From Trichinella spiralis (Eukaryota), in the NCBI RefSeq assembly GCF_000181795.1, contig NW_003526945.1:5035282-5099281 (forward strand): a DNA stretch of 64,000 bases. The letters are read 5' to 3'. Both the position numbers and the translations under genes were made by a program. Positions 1 to 14,796 of this stretch are shown in pieces (position 1 is the stretch's first letter; the number at the start of each line of letters is the position of its first letter). The notes under the pieces are model-generated. The model was given only the letters and a program-made list of their open reading frames with translations, was not told the DNA's origin and searched no databases.

Positions 1-348
1 ACGATAACATCCTCCAATTGTTGTATCCTGTTACTCTTAACCTGCTAACTAAGCAACCGTTCAACTAACTACATGGAAAAATTATTTTATTTTATTTCAA
101 TCACTGACATGAAATAAACAACTGTGTCAAATGTGTTCTTTCCTATGTAATATGATTTATTTATTAGAAATAAAAAAAGTGAATCTTCTTCCTTTATTTT
201 TTTTTGCTACCAGTCACATTTTCTCTTATTTTTCACATGCATGTTCAACGTATTCAAAAGATTTGTTGTGTATTCAAAATATGATCAATTTTTCTTTTCT
301 GTTGTTCTAAACCCGCTTGATGGGGGACATTTTTGGCTTCGCTGATGT

Positions 349-2695
349 TCATATCTGTTTTCGGCAGTACAAATTATCTCTGGCAAGCAGTTCTCTTAAA
401 AAAGAGAAAAAAACTCAATACAATTTAAAATACAATAATTGAACATTTGTTCAACCTGGCTTTGGTTTCCAAGTGGAGCTTGGCCGACGGATAATCTTTC
501 ATTATTTCGTAAAAGTCGCCTTTGTTCAGCACAAACAGCGTTGAAAAGCCACGCGATCGTACGTCGGCTGTTCTTCTGCTAATTTTGCTCACCGACAATA
601 AGCTTGTAAAATATTTTGACCGTCATATTTTCAAATATCATATACACATTTCTCAACTAACTGCATGCATTTCCACTTACATACATACATACATACGTAT
701 GTATATATATGTGTGTGTGTACATGCGTACAATGAATCCAAATGACAAAATAATAATATTTTTGTTCATACTCAATAATTTCACAAGTGTTTACCTTATT
801 TCACCGAACACACTTCCTTCGTGCAGTGTTGAAAGCAGCTGATTACCATCTACACCACCATAAACTAGCAGTACACCTTTGCTGACAATGTACATTTCTC
901 GACCAACTTCATTCTTGGAATAAATATTTTCAAGAAAATAAAAAAAATTATTTTACAAATTAAAATACCTTTCTACAAACAAAATCTCCTGGCAAATACA
1001 CAACCGACTGCAGTTTCAACACCAAATCCCGCAACAAGCCCTTCTCACATTCCTAGATTATTAATATTGATTTGAAGGAAGAAGAAGAAGAAAAAAAAGA
1101 AATGCAAATTTTGTTATTTTCCTAAATTCCCACCTGAAATAATTCCACTTTTTGCAGCATATCATAGTTGACAGAAATTGTCATGTCAATTTGAAGATTT
1201 GTGGGCAATTTGTCCAAAATGGTACTTTCATCTTGAAATTACAAAACCAACTGAATTGGAATAAATTTGAACAAAAAAATTTGAAAAACCCACTCAAAAT
1301 CTTCTGTTCTTTCCAAGTGTAAGTGAACCATTGTCGAACTTTTTCCTGCAATTCTTTGGGCACGTCAAACTGTTTGCACAGTTGAATTGCCGAATCCATC
1401 GCGTGCTTGAATTCGTCTCGAATTTTGTTCGCCGTAGAGATGATATCGTAAATCTGAATTGCAATTTGAACAGAACACTTTGAACAAAGAGAGAAAGAGA
1501 GAAAGCAGCGATGCTTCTTGAATCAAGTAGCACCTCACCTGACCAAGTAGCATGGCAAAAGCGAACGTGCCCATCATCCAACAGCAAATCATGTAAATGC
1601 ATTCGATTACGTTCGTCGGATCTGGATTATTTCCAATGGAAATGCCCAATTTTGTGGCAAAATAGAAACATCTCAAATAGGCATTGCCGCAGCCGTCGTA
1701 CAGGAATACATTGCTTCCAATGCCGATCCAAAATGAAAGCAAATAATATATGCAAGCGTTGCAATGGATCATGTAAACAACATAGCTGTACAATTTTCCA
1801 ATTCTACAAATGATATGAGAGGTATTTTATTTTATTTTATTGTTTTTCTAAATTTTTCATCTTGATTTCCTTTTCCCTAGCATACCTCAAGATGAACGGA
1901 TTTTTACAAGCACTATCAGCCAGTGCAAAAAGTTCCCAAAATGACGTGATCTGAAATTTTGCATTGGAAAAGAACAGAGCTTCTTCATTGCTTTTTAGAA
2001 CATATTCAAAAATGACTTACTTTAAGCATTCGGGGTAGTCGAAGTGTGGATTTGAATCTCAGAGAAGGCAAAATGTACAACAAATCCAACGGAAGCAATG
2101 AAAGCAAGTCAGTTTTGAAGAGCCAACTTTTCAGGTAATGCTTTCTAAGTGTTGGTAGATCGGTCTGAAAAAGCTTCTCATAAACGACAACACAAACAAC
2201 TACAAGCAGATATTCTCACTATAGTAATACCACTTTGCACAACTTGCAGTCGACATTTCACCAACACCATGTCCAAGATGTAGACCAAATCGCATAAATA
2301 ATCAAATACGAACCAATAAAATGAATTGGACGCATCTTGAACAAAAAATGAACACCTGAGCGGTATAACGATCGCATTGTACGCAAAGCAGAGCGTCACG
2401 AACGCGAGCCAAAGCAAATATTGTCTACCTTGAATTCAATCATAATATTTGCATATTTTTCACAATTATGCAAAACAGAAACAGCAACTCACAGTGCCTG
2501 TCGATGGATTTTTTGAAAGCAGATCTGAAATCGATGGCAAAAAAAGATTCTTCACCTCCACCATTCGGGGCGTTGTCTAAAACGACAAACATACAGGTGA
2601 AACAAACCGTCCCAATTGGGGTAATTCAATTGACAGACAGACGCTTGTACTACACCTTGCTTCATTCTTGCATCTCTCAATCGAACAATTTTCTC
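349..2695 (-). CDS. tax-2: Cyclic nucleotide-gated channel beta-type subunit (TAX-2-like), multi-exon; 5' end not resolved
   Basis: Spliced translation gives [30 protein letters not shown] (S1), pore segment [41 protein letters not shown]-linker [17 protein letters not shown] and [28 protein letters not shown] at 349-351. The GNNP pore (no Glu) matches nematode TAX-2. Confidence 0.85.
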
Positions 2696-4945
2696 CTACG
2701 ACAATTTATTCCATTTTTCCCGTGATCCGTGAGTGTCTCGTTTTGATTTTACTCATATGTGAGAAGAAAATATTCTTCCACAATCGTCGCTGCGTGCACA
2801 ATTTACGAACAAATCAAAGCAGAATCAGAAAATTGAAATTTTTTAATAATAAATTTTTTGCACTTCCAAACGCGCCACAGCGCAGTTTGCAGGCAAGGAG
2901 ACAGATTTCAACTTGATCCAATCTCAATACGAGTAAATAATGGATTTGAATTGAAAAGATGCGGAAGTTAATTATGCTTCATCAAATTATTGGAAATTCA
3001 TGTTTCATGCGTTCAATTGAAATGCTAGTTAGAATTTGCATTTCCACTCTGGATATTCAATCTGGACGCTTGCACACTTTGCCCGCACAATAAAAATTTA
3101 TTACTTCATTGAATAATGAAAAAGCACAACTTAGTTTTCAGTAATGAAATCAAAAAAAAGAAAAAGAAAAAATTGCCTATGCTTGAATAATTATGTAAAA
3201 TATTATTTCAAAAAAAAAGAAATTTGTCATATAAATCATGATCAATTTCATCGGATGCGATGTGCTGTATAGACTATTTTTCATTGCTCATCATCAGGCA
3301 AGCATTGACTGTACCTGTGCTATGGAGAAGACAAATCGATGAAAACTAATTAAATTATGCTTATAATATTGTAAAATCTTTTCTGCTCCAACTGACAACG
3401 GTTGCCATGAGCTTCAAAAGAAATGAACAAATGAACAGTGCTAATGTTCGTTAAGCTGAAGTGCAAAAATTGGAAAAACGCATCTGACTGCAGCTTGACC
3501 GGCAATTAATTCTCGCATTCAACTAACCGACACAGAAGATTCCCGTTTCCATACTACAGCTTTGATTAACTTTGCAACCAACAGTTATCAGTCGGCACAA
3601 AATAATTACAACCAATTATATGCACGTTGTGTAAAGATGACAAATATATTTATAAATAAGCTTGCCTTTTAGTCTTTTACCCGCCACCCAATCTCGCTAA
3701 TTATCCCTGCTGAATGACTTGCACATCCATATATAATATTAGTTCAGTATGATAAAGTTTTCAGTTGGAGATTTAAAATTTTCACTTTAGAATTAAAATT
3801 ATTGATAATGAACATTTGTTTATATCAAAGTAAATTAAAAAAACATCAAAACCAACGATCATTAAAAAGAAAAATCATCTACATCTAGCATGTGCACACC
3901 ATCCATAATATAATAGTAACACTTATACTTAAATAGATTAAACAAACATTGGACATTCCATGTCAGGGCAATTTACATATTTCAACTATAAACTTATTTA
4001 AACAATTCTTCTCACTTTTTCAACTTAAAAAGCATATCAAAATCACAATAATTATTTATTGATCTGAAAACTGCAAACACCATCCAATTTGGCATTGAAT
4101 ATTGTTTACTAATTATAATTGAAAAGTTGTACTTAGTTGTGCTTGATTGTAACTGATAAAAACATGCATAGGTGTATATTTTTAAAATTACCTGGTTTTG
4201 TAGTTGTTTCCATCAACGAAGGGATTGTATTCACAAATGCAAACCGCTCGAAGTGCAGGTAGAAACGTATGCAAAACAAGCAGTAGATGGGTGCATTTGC
4301 TTTGCTTTCGAAGCTGCATAAAATTTCACCAACCGCTACTCTGAGTCATGATGTGACAGTTCGAACAATGGCCTATGTGATTACTTTATCCGGTAATTGA
4401 ATTGACAATTCTGCCGTTGGATAGTGCATCGAGTAGAAACTAATGATATCGCATCCTGCAGATTAAGATGTATTGAGGCGAACTGTTGGAGAAAGAAAGA
4501 TCAACTTTTCCATGGAAACATACTTGCTGATCAGTTGACTTTTATTCATCATAAAAATAATTTCCTCTAATTAATTGAAAATAAGAATGATTTCATTAAA
4601 AAATATGAAAAACATAAATTAACAATGAATAATTTATTAAAATTAACTTATCAAACAACAGTATGGAAAACAACTTTGAAAAAAAATAATAATAAACAGT
4701 TTGTATTATTGTATTTGCATATTTTTGCATTGTAAAACTCTTGTGGAAATAACTTTCAAAGTCAATGAAGTAACAATCCAATTATTAATAATTTTTTACA
4801 TTCAAAAATATAAACAAAACATTAAACATTATACAGAGATCAAAACAACTTACAATTATACTGTACAATGGACAATAGCTGAGTGTTAAACTAACCGCTG
4901 CAAGGGAAATCTTTTCTCATGCTTTAAATTTGCGTGAAAGTAATT

Positions 4946-6119
4946 TCAAAAAAATTGAAATAATCGCTGCTTGCACAATCTGAATACCAACGAAAGAGAC
5001 GTTCGACGTGTTTCAGCGTTGAATACATCGTAATTGTAGCGCCTCAAAAGGGCCAAATGATGATCAACGACGACAGCAAACAGCAAAGCAGGATAGGCTT
5101 GTTTGAGAATTGTTTTCTGAACAGAAAAATTTCCAACATTGAAATGTCAAAAGAAAAATTTCAAACGAAATGCAACGCATGAAAATCTCCCTCAAACCTA
5201 CCGTCAACTTTCTTGCTTCTGACACGTGGCGATCCGCGTGGTCGGCAATGTCCCGTATTACGGTAGCCCATTTCGACGAATCTTCCAGTTGTCCACCGAA
5301 TTCTGTAAAATTGTGCAATTTGAGCAAATCCAACGGCAACAGGATTTTTCTTTCCGCTGCGAGATGTGGTATTGAACGAATACTGTTGACCAAACCCAAA
5401 GCTTTGCCCAAATGACCAGCGGCGCCAATCGCTTCACTCTGTTCAACATTGCAAATCTGAAAATTTTTCAAACTAAACAACAATAACAACAAAAAAATTT
5501 AATAAAAAAATGCCAAAACGTTTTCAAAGAATATCAACTTTCACTTGCATCATTACTTGCAAAATCAAATACAGCACTGTGGAAAAGGTGCGCTCGAAAT
5601 AGTCTTCCATAATTCGCAACGAACGGTACTCTTCCGCACCAAGCCAGTGGCGTCGAGCTTCAACCAAATCCAACAGCCACCTTTTTGACAGCTTGTATTT
5701 GAGCGCCGATTCGGCCAGCGTCACCGCCACCGGATGTTCAGGAATGTTGCCTGAAAATTTTGAAATGCAGTTGAAACAAAACTTAAAACAACCGCCGTAC
5801 CTTTATATATGCCGTGCACGACTTCTTTCCAAAATTCAATCCGACCATGTCGACTCTGCCTAGAGCTGCAGCGTGCCGGGATGCTAGCCAGTTCAACGTT
5901 GAAAGCTTGAATGGAAAAGACGGCCGATTTGTATTTGGCGGGCATCATTGACGTGCACAGGAAACTTTCGAAATCCGACCGACGAACAAGAGACATACAG
6001 TAGAAGTAGGGATTTTCGTATTTATTCAAATTCCAAGACAAAAAACGACACAAATGAGCGCTGCCGGAACAGCCGGGAACATTGTTCACCAAGTGCACGC
6101 AATTCACCAGTGAGAACAT
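4946..6119 (-). CDS. NDUFAF6: Complex I assembly factor 6 (squalene/phytoene synthase-like fold), multi-exon
   Basis: YCMSLVRRSDFESFLC..AVFSIQAFNVELASI..RIEFWKEVV, EDYFERTFSTVLYL, AAGHLGKALGLVNSIRSIP..LLPLDLL; last exon ends ..LLRRYNYDVF..RLFQFF* (TGA 4946-4948). Confidence 0.9.
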
Positions 6120-7353
6120 TTCTTACTGTTCGTAAAAATATTTACAACTTTCAAAATTTAATCATCCATTTGTTACGCATTTTCTTCTATTAAGTATGAA
6201 TTTGATAAAAGAACAATTTTTCTAAATTGATATTTCACGTTAAAATATCTCACTTTTAATATTTACCTTAAAATAAATCAATTCTATTTATTTATTTTTC
6301 CAATTAACTAAATATTAAAGCAATATTCAACTTTACAGTAATATTGATTTTCATGTTTGTTATTTTTTAATTTGAATTTTTTCAAATTGTTGCAATTTTT
6401 CTTTCAAATTTGAAATTATAACAATGCCACTAATCGCATTGCTCTGTTTCAAGATTTGGCTTTATTTCTGAACGGCATTTTCGATACTCGTGCAAAATCA
6501 ACTTTTTGATTAATTGTTTCTAAATAAAATATATTAATTTCGGTTTTTGTTTTATTAAAAATAGAATTTTTTGATTATAATTTTCGTAAACAAGCTCGTA
6601 ACCACTGGCATCAGAAAATGAGCACACGGGGACAATGCCCTGAGAAATTTTCTGCATCCCAGCAGCACCAGTTTGCCAGAAAAATTGTAAAATTTTTAAA
6701 CTACATTCATCGTAGTAAAAATGAAAAATAAAAATAAGTTCTCAAAAAATAATTAAAAAATAAAAAGATATAATCACAATTATTCCTGTACAAAATGGTG
6801 AATGAGATGAATGATCAGAGAAAAAAATTTTGTTGTCATTACTTTTCCTTTCAAATAGTAGAATGTTCAGTGGGCCACAGTTAAAGAAATATTTATAAAT
6901 TGGTATAAATATAATTTTATTTATTTAAACAAATTTAACCGTTCAATAAACTCAGTGAACAGCGTTGCAAAGCTGATGTGGAATGCATATTGGAAAACAT
7001 TCAAAAACGAGCAACCTTCAGTAAGAAAGCATGCATTCAGATATGAAAACATGATAAAATAAATAATGACAGGTAAAAATTTGTTACGTCAGCATTGTGG
7101 ATTTTTCAATACAGTGCAAACAGTGTATATGCCATTTCCTCCAAAATGAGAAAACGTTAGCTTGCAAGCAAATGAATAAACATACATGCTGACATTTTCA
7201 TTCGTGCAAGTCTAATGATCGATTATCGTCAGAAGCCAAACGAGACGTTTTGCAATTTTCTGTGCGAGACTGAAATTCAGCTTCATTGTGGTTTGACTGT
7301 AAAAAAAGCATTTGCTTTTATTTTCCAACCAACTTTTAATTCTGATATACAAA

Positions 7354-8730
7354 ATGTCTTCAAACGTTGGCAACCAGTATGAGAACTCCGATTCAGAAAG
7401 TGACGAATGGCAAGACGAGAAAATATGCAAAGTAGAGATAGATATTATTCAGCTCAACGATGAAGTGATCAAATTTTCATTAGCAAATACCAGACTGAGG
7501 TAAGCTGTTCTTTGAGTTCTCTAAAAAGAAAAAAAGTAGCCAATTCAATTGGGTCTTCCTATTTCAGCTTTGCTAACTGCTTGCGTCGAATTTTCATAGC
7601 CGAAACACCATGCCTTGGTAAAGGTGCCTCTCATTGTCATTGCAGGAAAATTGCACTAGCATAATCAATCTTCGTTCCTTTCAGCAATTGACTGGGTCAA
7701 AATCAACAAAAACACATCGTTTTTCTGCGATGAATTTTTAGTTCACCGTCTTGGCTTGCTTCCACTTACCTCAGATGAGACTGTCAGTCGGATGCGTTTT
7801 GCCAGGGTAGAAAAATTATTGAAATTATCTTTTTCATTTTTCCGCCAACAATCATTCATCTGGCTTCAATCGGAAATACCGTTAAGGAATGTCAGTGCAG
7901 TGATCACTGCAGCGAATGTGCCGTGCAATTGACTTTGGAAAAACAGTGCCGTGATGAAAGTACGCACGTTGTCAGCACGGCTGATTTGAAATCCCAAGAT
8001 CCACGCGTGATTCCGGTAGGCGAAATTTTCAGCTTCATCAATTCAAAACTGACCAAAAGAATACAATGCACTTCAGGCTTGCGGATCGCAACGGAAAGCT
8101 GTCGACGAGTACGTGGAAAACGACGGTGCTGAACAATTTTTCATCTCACTTCAACAAATATTGAACATATTTCCATAATTTTCTTTCAAATACAGAAATA
8201 ATTATTGCCAAACTGTGCCGAGGTCAAGAATTGAACGTCGTCTGTTTGGCCCGTAAAGGAATTGGCAAAGAGCATGCCAAGTGGAACCCGACGGCCAGTG
8301 TCGCATTTGAGTACGATCCGGACAACGCGCTCAGGCACACAACATACCCGAAGCCTGAAGAATGGTATTAAATGCTCAATGGAAAACTCATTTCATAAGA
8401 TGTCGACTTTCAGGCCGAAAAGCGAATACAGCGAATTGGAAGACAGTGAAAGTAAGTTTCAAAATGCAACATCAATTATTGCCAATGTTAAAATCTCGCT
8501 TTCGGCACCAAACTTCACTCTTTAATTGGCCAGTATTGGTCGCTGTTGTAGCACAAGCACCAGCAATTCTTTACGGAGAGCCGAGAAAATTTTGGATGGC
8601 AGTAGAAAGCACAGGCTCGCTGAGACCAGAAAACATCGTGCTGTTTGGCATAGCGCAGCTGAGAAAAAAACTCACCGATCTGCATTCCCATTTAGCCGTT
8701 GAAGAAGCCAAAGTGGAACTGATAGTTTAG
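7354..8730 (+). CDS. rpb-3: DNA-directed RNA polymerase II subunit RPB3, multi-exon
   Basis: [45 protein letters not shown] zinc loop, [63 protein letters not shown] junctions keep the frame. Confidence 0.95.
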
Positions 8731-9131
8731 CATTGTTGAACTTGAAGCAGAAAATAATTAAAATTATCAAATTCAACCAACTGAGCGTGTGCATGAATAA
8801 ATTCAACAAAATCATCTAAACACCAAATGAGGGTTTGGCAACCAACAGGCTGATTCTTTGACCTCGACATACAATATAAATACATTTGTACCCAAATTCA
8901 CATATTTTAAATGAATAAAGTTAAAAGTCTATTGTATAAGAAAATAAATCACAATGCCAACTTTATTTCATGCTGAAAAGTATCTTCTACAGTAATACCA
9001 CAATAATCTATATGAAAATCCATACGAACAAAACGTGCACAATAATACTCAATTGTATTAAATGTTCAAGTAGAATACTTATTTATCATCCGTTACAGCG
9101 GAACACACTGGAACAGAAAACGATAAAATCA

Positions 9132-9409
9132 TTAATATAAAACGCAAAATTTCAGCTCGTTGTCAATTTCTTCGAGTGCCCTTTTCAATTTTTCAACCTT
9201 GCGTGGGTCTGCACCGTTTCGTTTTACTACTTTTAGGAATCTTTTCAGCGTTTTGTAAGCCTCTATTGCATCTTTAATTGTCAAAGTTGTCATCGGGACA
9301 TTTCCTAAATCAAATTATTTTATTATACCAACACTAATTGATAATTTCATTCACCATGAACGTCAACGTTATTTTCACAGGGGCTTTCTTTACTTTTTAT
9401 TTCACTCAT
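9132..9409 (-). CDS. Two-exon 75-aa protein of unknown function (absent from the ORF track)
   Basis: Exon 1 9409-9355 (ATG..CAT G|gtgaat), 50-nt intron, exon 2 9304-9132 (tttag|GA AAT..TAT TAA): MSEIKSKESPCENNVDVHGNVPMTTLTIKDAIEAYKTLKRFLKVVKRNGADPRKVEKLKRALEEIDNELKFCVLY. Confidence 0.65.
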
Positions 9410-10570
9410 GTTTAAGTTTCGTTTTCAGTGGAAAAGGGAAAATTTTAATGTTGAACAAAAATCTCGATCAGTTATCACTGCATTTCAGCGCAATTCACAC
9501 AAATCAGTTCAGAAATTGAACAACCATTCTTACTGTAAATATGTGAAATGCAAGCATTTAACGCAATTATTATTCAACAAATTCAGTTGAAACTTATTGA
9601 AACAATATTATGCGATCGAATTAGTTGAACTGAATTTATTTGATGAAAAATAAAACAATTGCTTCACCTGACAACATATAGACAATAAATTTGTGAGCAG
9701 ACAAAAAGTACAACTTTCAACAATGAAATGTTAATACTGTTGGTTATTATGTATTATATATAATAATTTAAAAGAAGAACATTTTTAATACAAAATTATG
9801 CTGGAAATTTTTTAAAGAATAATATTTTAACTTTCTGTAAAGGAAATTTACAACCATAATGCAATAAAATGACGAAGTAATTTTCAAAATTACAGTACAG
9901 TATTACTTGATTTGGCGGAGTGCGAGCAATATTAACAATGGTATTCACGAATGGGCAAGTGCAATAATTTTTTTGACAATAAAATTTGCTCTGACAGACG
10001 ATTTCACGCTATTCAAATGGCGCAAAATCCAACCGATTCAAGCAGTTGAACTTTGTCGCCGTTGGGAGCGTTCACTTCTTTTTCGCTGTGGATCGCCGTT
10101 ACATTCTACAAGATCAGAAAGTTGTTCGCGATCGAAATTAACGACGAAAAAGTTGCCGGATTATTTATTTATTGTACTGAAAGTTCGCCGAATATTGGAC
10201 AAATAATTTATTTCATAGCTCTTTTGGTTATATGAAACTTAATGTGCCATTTAATAATAATAATAATAATAATAATTGTCAATTTGGATTGTTTCGGCAA
10301 ACGTAAACTGTTTGCTTGTTTGTTGTTGTTGTTGTGCTTGATAACGATGAACAGTAGTAAAAAACAACAAGTCAAATCACAAGCAGCATTTAATTATAAA
10401 ACCTCGAACCAGTTTCTCAAAAATCATAATCATCTTTGTAATCACAATTTATAAAATGCTAAAAAAGTCACCAACCACCACAGAATTTTAAATTACCGAT
10501 AAAATCATTAAATTACGATTAAAAATCTGTGACTAATTATTTATGCTAAAATGCTGCTGCTTGAAATCAT

Positions 10571-11930
<1,360 letters not shown>

Positions 11931-13222
11931 TTCAGAAACAGCAAACCACAAGCTGCGCCAACGAAACACTAACTACCAACGCGGTAAGAATACAGTAAGC
12001 AGGTCAAAGCTAAGTGTCCCTAAAGATCAGAACTAGTTTACTGTAGTTAAAACAATTTTGAAATTCATAAAATTGAAAATATTACTGAATAACTGAAAAT
12101 TTAATATTTAAAATTTTAATTTGTAAATTTTTGATCAAATTAGCGTTTTAATGTTTATTTTTTAAATTAATATTTTGAATTTCCTAACAATTTACGCTGG
12201 CACAGTGACATCGTCTTTTTTGGTTTTAGTTGCAGTTTAAGATAATATTTATAATTTTCAAATTATTTATCATTTAAACTGTATTATTAAAATAGTTTTT
12301 CTTGCTGTTTGAAAAATGTTGTACTGTACACAATAGTTTTGTTTTTATCATGAATTAACTGGTTGTTTCTTTTGATAGATTTTTTTAAAATTTATATTTA
12401 TTTTTAATATTAACGTAATTTTACAAATCATCCCTATTTTTATTGTTTTACTTGGTATAACTTAAAAATTTACTATCGTGACCTAGTTATGAATTTGAAA
12501 ATGTTTTCACTATTTGAATTGTGTAGTGAATGAAAAAACCGTTTTGATGAAATTTCAACTCATTTTCGATTAATTTATCACACTGAGCAGTGATTTGAAG
12601 GAGAAAATATTGGCATTCAATTAATACCTGCATAACATTTACGTGGTATATTCTGAAAATTCTGAAAATAGGCAGCAGGCAACATTTGAAAATTATTTCA
12701 ATAATTTACATTGTTGTTGTTTTATGCGTTAATTGAATTAAAAATAATTTTTCTTTGCTCTTTGTTAATTGAAAAATATACAAGAAACAGAAATGCAAAA
12801 ATATGATTTTCATAATTACAGATGTTTCTTGTGTGCAATGTATGCTGAATTACAGCTCGAAAAATTGAAAACTTATTATTTATACAAATTTTTAAGCTAA
12901 AAAATAAAAACATATCAAAAAATATACATATTGCCTGTTTACAGTTTGCCGAATGCCATTGAAAGCGAAGCGTACAATCAATTTTCTCATTTTCATTAAA
13001 ATACCAATTGTGAAAAATCATCGACTACAATGAAATGTGAGAAAATGCTTTATTCTGTTACTTGTTCTTTTTGTTGTTGTTGTTGTTGTTTAACAAAATA
13101 TCCAAATAAAGCAACAATGCACTGAAGTGAAGCATTGTACGGTTAAAGTGTTCGGTTTCAAAATGCAAATGTCAGGGGATTAAAAAAAGAAACATATAAA
13201 AAAGCCATAAATGGAAAATTGT

Positions 13223-14750
13223 TCATTTGTGATCCGTGATCGGCAGTTTTGTCCAGTGCGCTTTGCCGTCGTTTTGCCGGACAACGTCCCCTCTTACCAC
13301 GTGGTCCAACGCCTTCGGATAGAGGACATTTTCGACCGCTTTCACACGGTCGCGAAGTGATTGCTCACTGTCGTCAGGATGGACGGCGACGCTGTCTTGT
13401 AAAATTATCCCGCCTGGATCGTTACCAGCTTCGACAAAATATACAGTACAGCCGGAAATTCGCACGCCGGCTTGCAGTGCGGATTTGTGCGGTCGCGGTC
13501 CGCGGAACATTGGAAGCAACGACGGGTGAATGTCGATCATCTTGCCCAGCCAATTGTTGACCAACGGTTCTGAATACAACAAACAACCAATCAAGCCACA
13601 GGCGACAAAGCACACACGGGCGAGGGAAAGATAAAATGCAAATACCAGAAAGGGTTCGATTGAAGCCCGCAAGGCAGACAAATTCCACTTGTTTCGACGT
13701 GAGCAGGTTTTGAATTTGTTCTTCAAAATCTTCACGCGATTTGTCTTCGTGGGAGACAATCTAAAGTTGATATTCAATATTCCGAAATCACGCCACTCCC
13801 TCTTCCCCCCCCACACCCCCACATCCCCTCTCACCAACCGATGTTTCGATGTCTTCTTCTTCCGCTTTCAACAACCCCGAAGCCGTTTCAACGTTACTGA
13901 TTACCAGTACAATTTCATAAACAGACGCGGCTTTTTTCGACGAGTGAATCAAAGATAGCATATTCGATCCTGAGCAGCAAAAAAAAATAAATAAGAAGAA
14001 TCCCTAATAAACTCATTAAAATATACAATGTCGCGTGTTCATTTACTTCAGATGAATAATTTGATCAAATCAATTACCTGATCCAGAGATAAGTATAGCA
14101 ACTCGCTTTCTATTCATATGATTGGCGTTCGATAAAGTAGGAACTAATTTATTTTCTTGCTGAAATGCCACTTCCAGATTTTCAAGTTCCACTTTATTAT
14201 GATCAACTAAAATCACAACAAATCAACATCTTAATTCTAGCAGATCCACTACAGTCATATTATCATCATTTTAAGGTTTAGTACTGCTATTATTATTATT
14301 CACTGTTCACCATCTGAATCGATCTGTCTGTGAGTGCACAGTTTAAAATTGTGGTAATAAGAAAAATTAATATGCAAAGTAATCAACAACTGTACCGCGT
14401 TCCGATTCTAACTTTTCCGTCGAATCAGTTTCTAAATATACAAAAAAAAGTGAGAAATCAAGCGAGAAAAAATGATTAAACAAAACAAGAAGCAAAACGC
14501 TGCTGCACTTGGTTTCTCGACAGTTCCAATTTTGAAAAACCGTTCGGACCTGGACTGGAGATGCGCCTCGACATAGGAAACATCTTTACGTCCGACGATC
14601 AACACCATCCCAATGCCGCAGTTGAAAACGTTCACCATTTCCGAAGCAGAAATACTTCCGGCAGATGCTAGCCAGAGAAATTCCTTTCAAAAAATCAAAC
14701 ACAATTTTATCCACAATTGAAGAAGGAACAGTTATTTTCAACGTCATAAC

Positions 14751-14796
<46 letters not shown>

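Noticed and set aside
9907..10235. GC-richer block with short ORFs between the microprotein and CDK1
   Set aside because: No convincing start or splice model (the best needs a 39-nt intron) and no motif.
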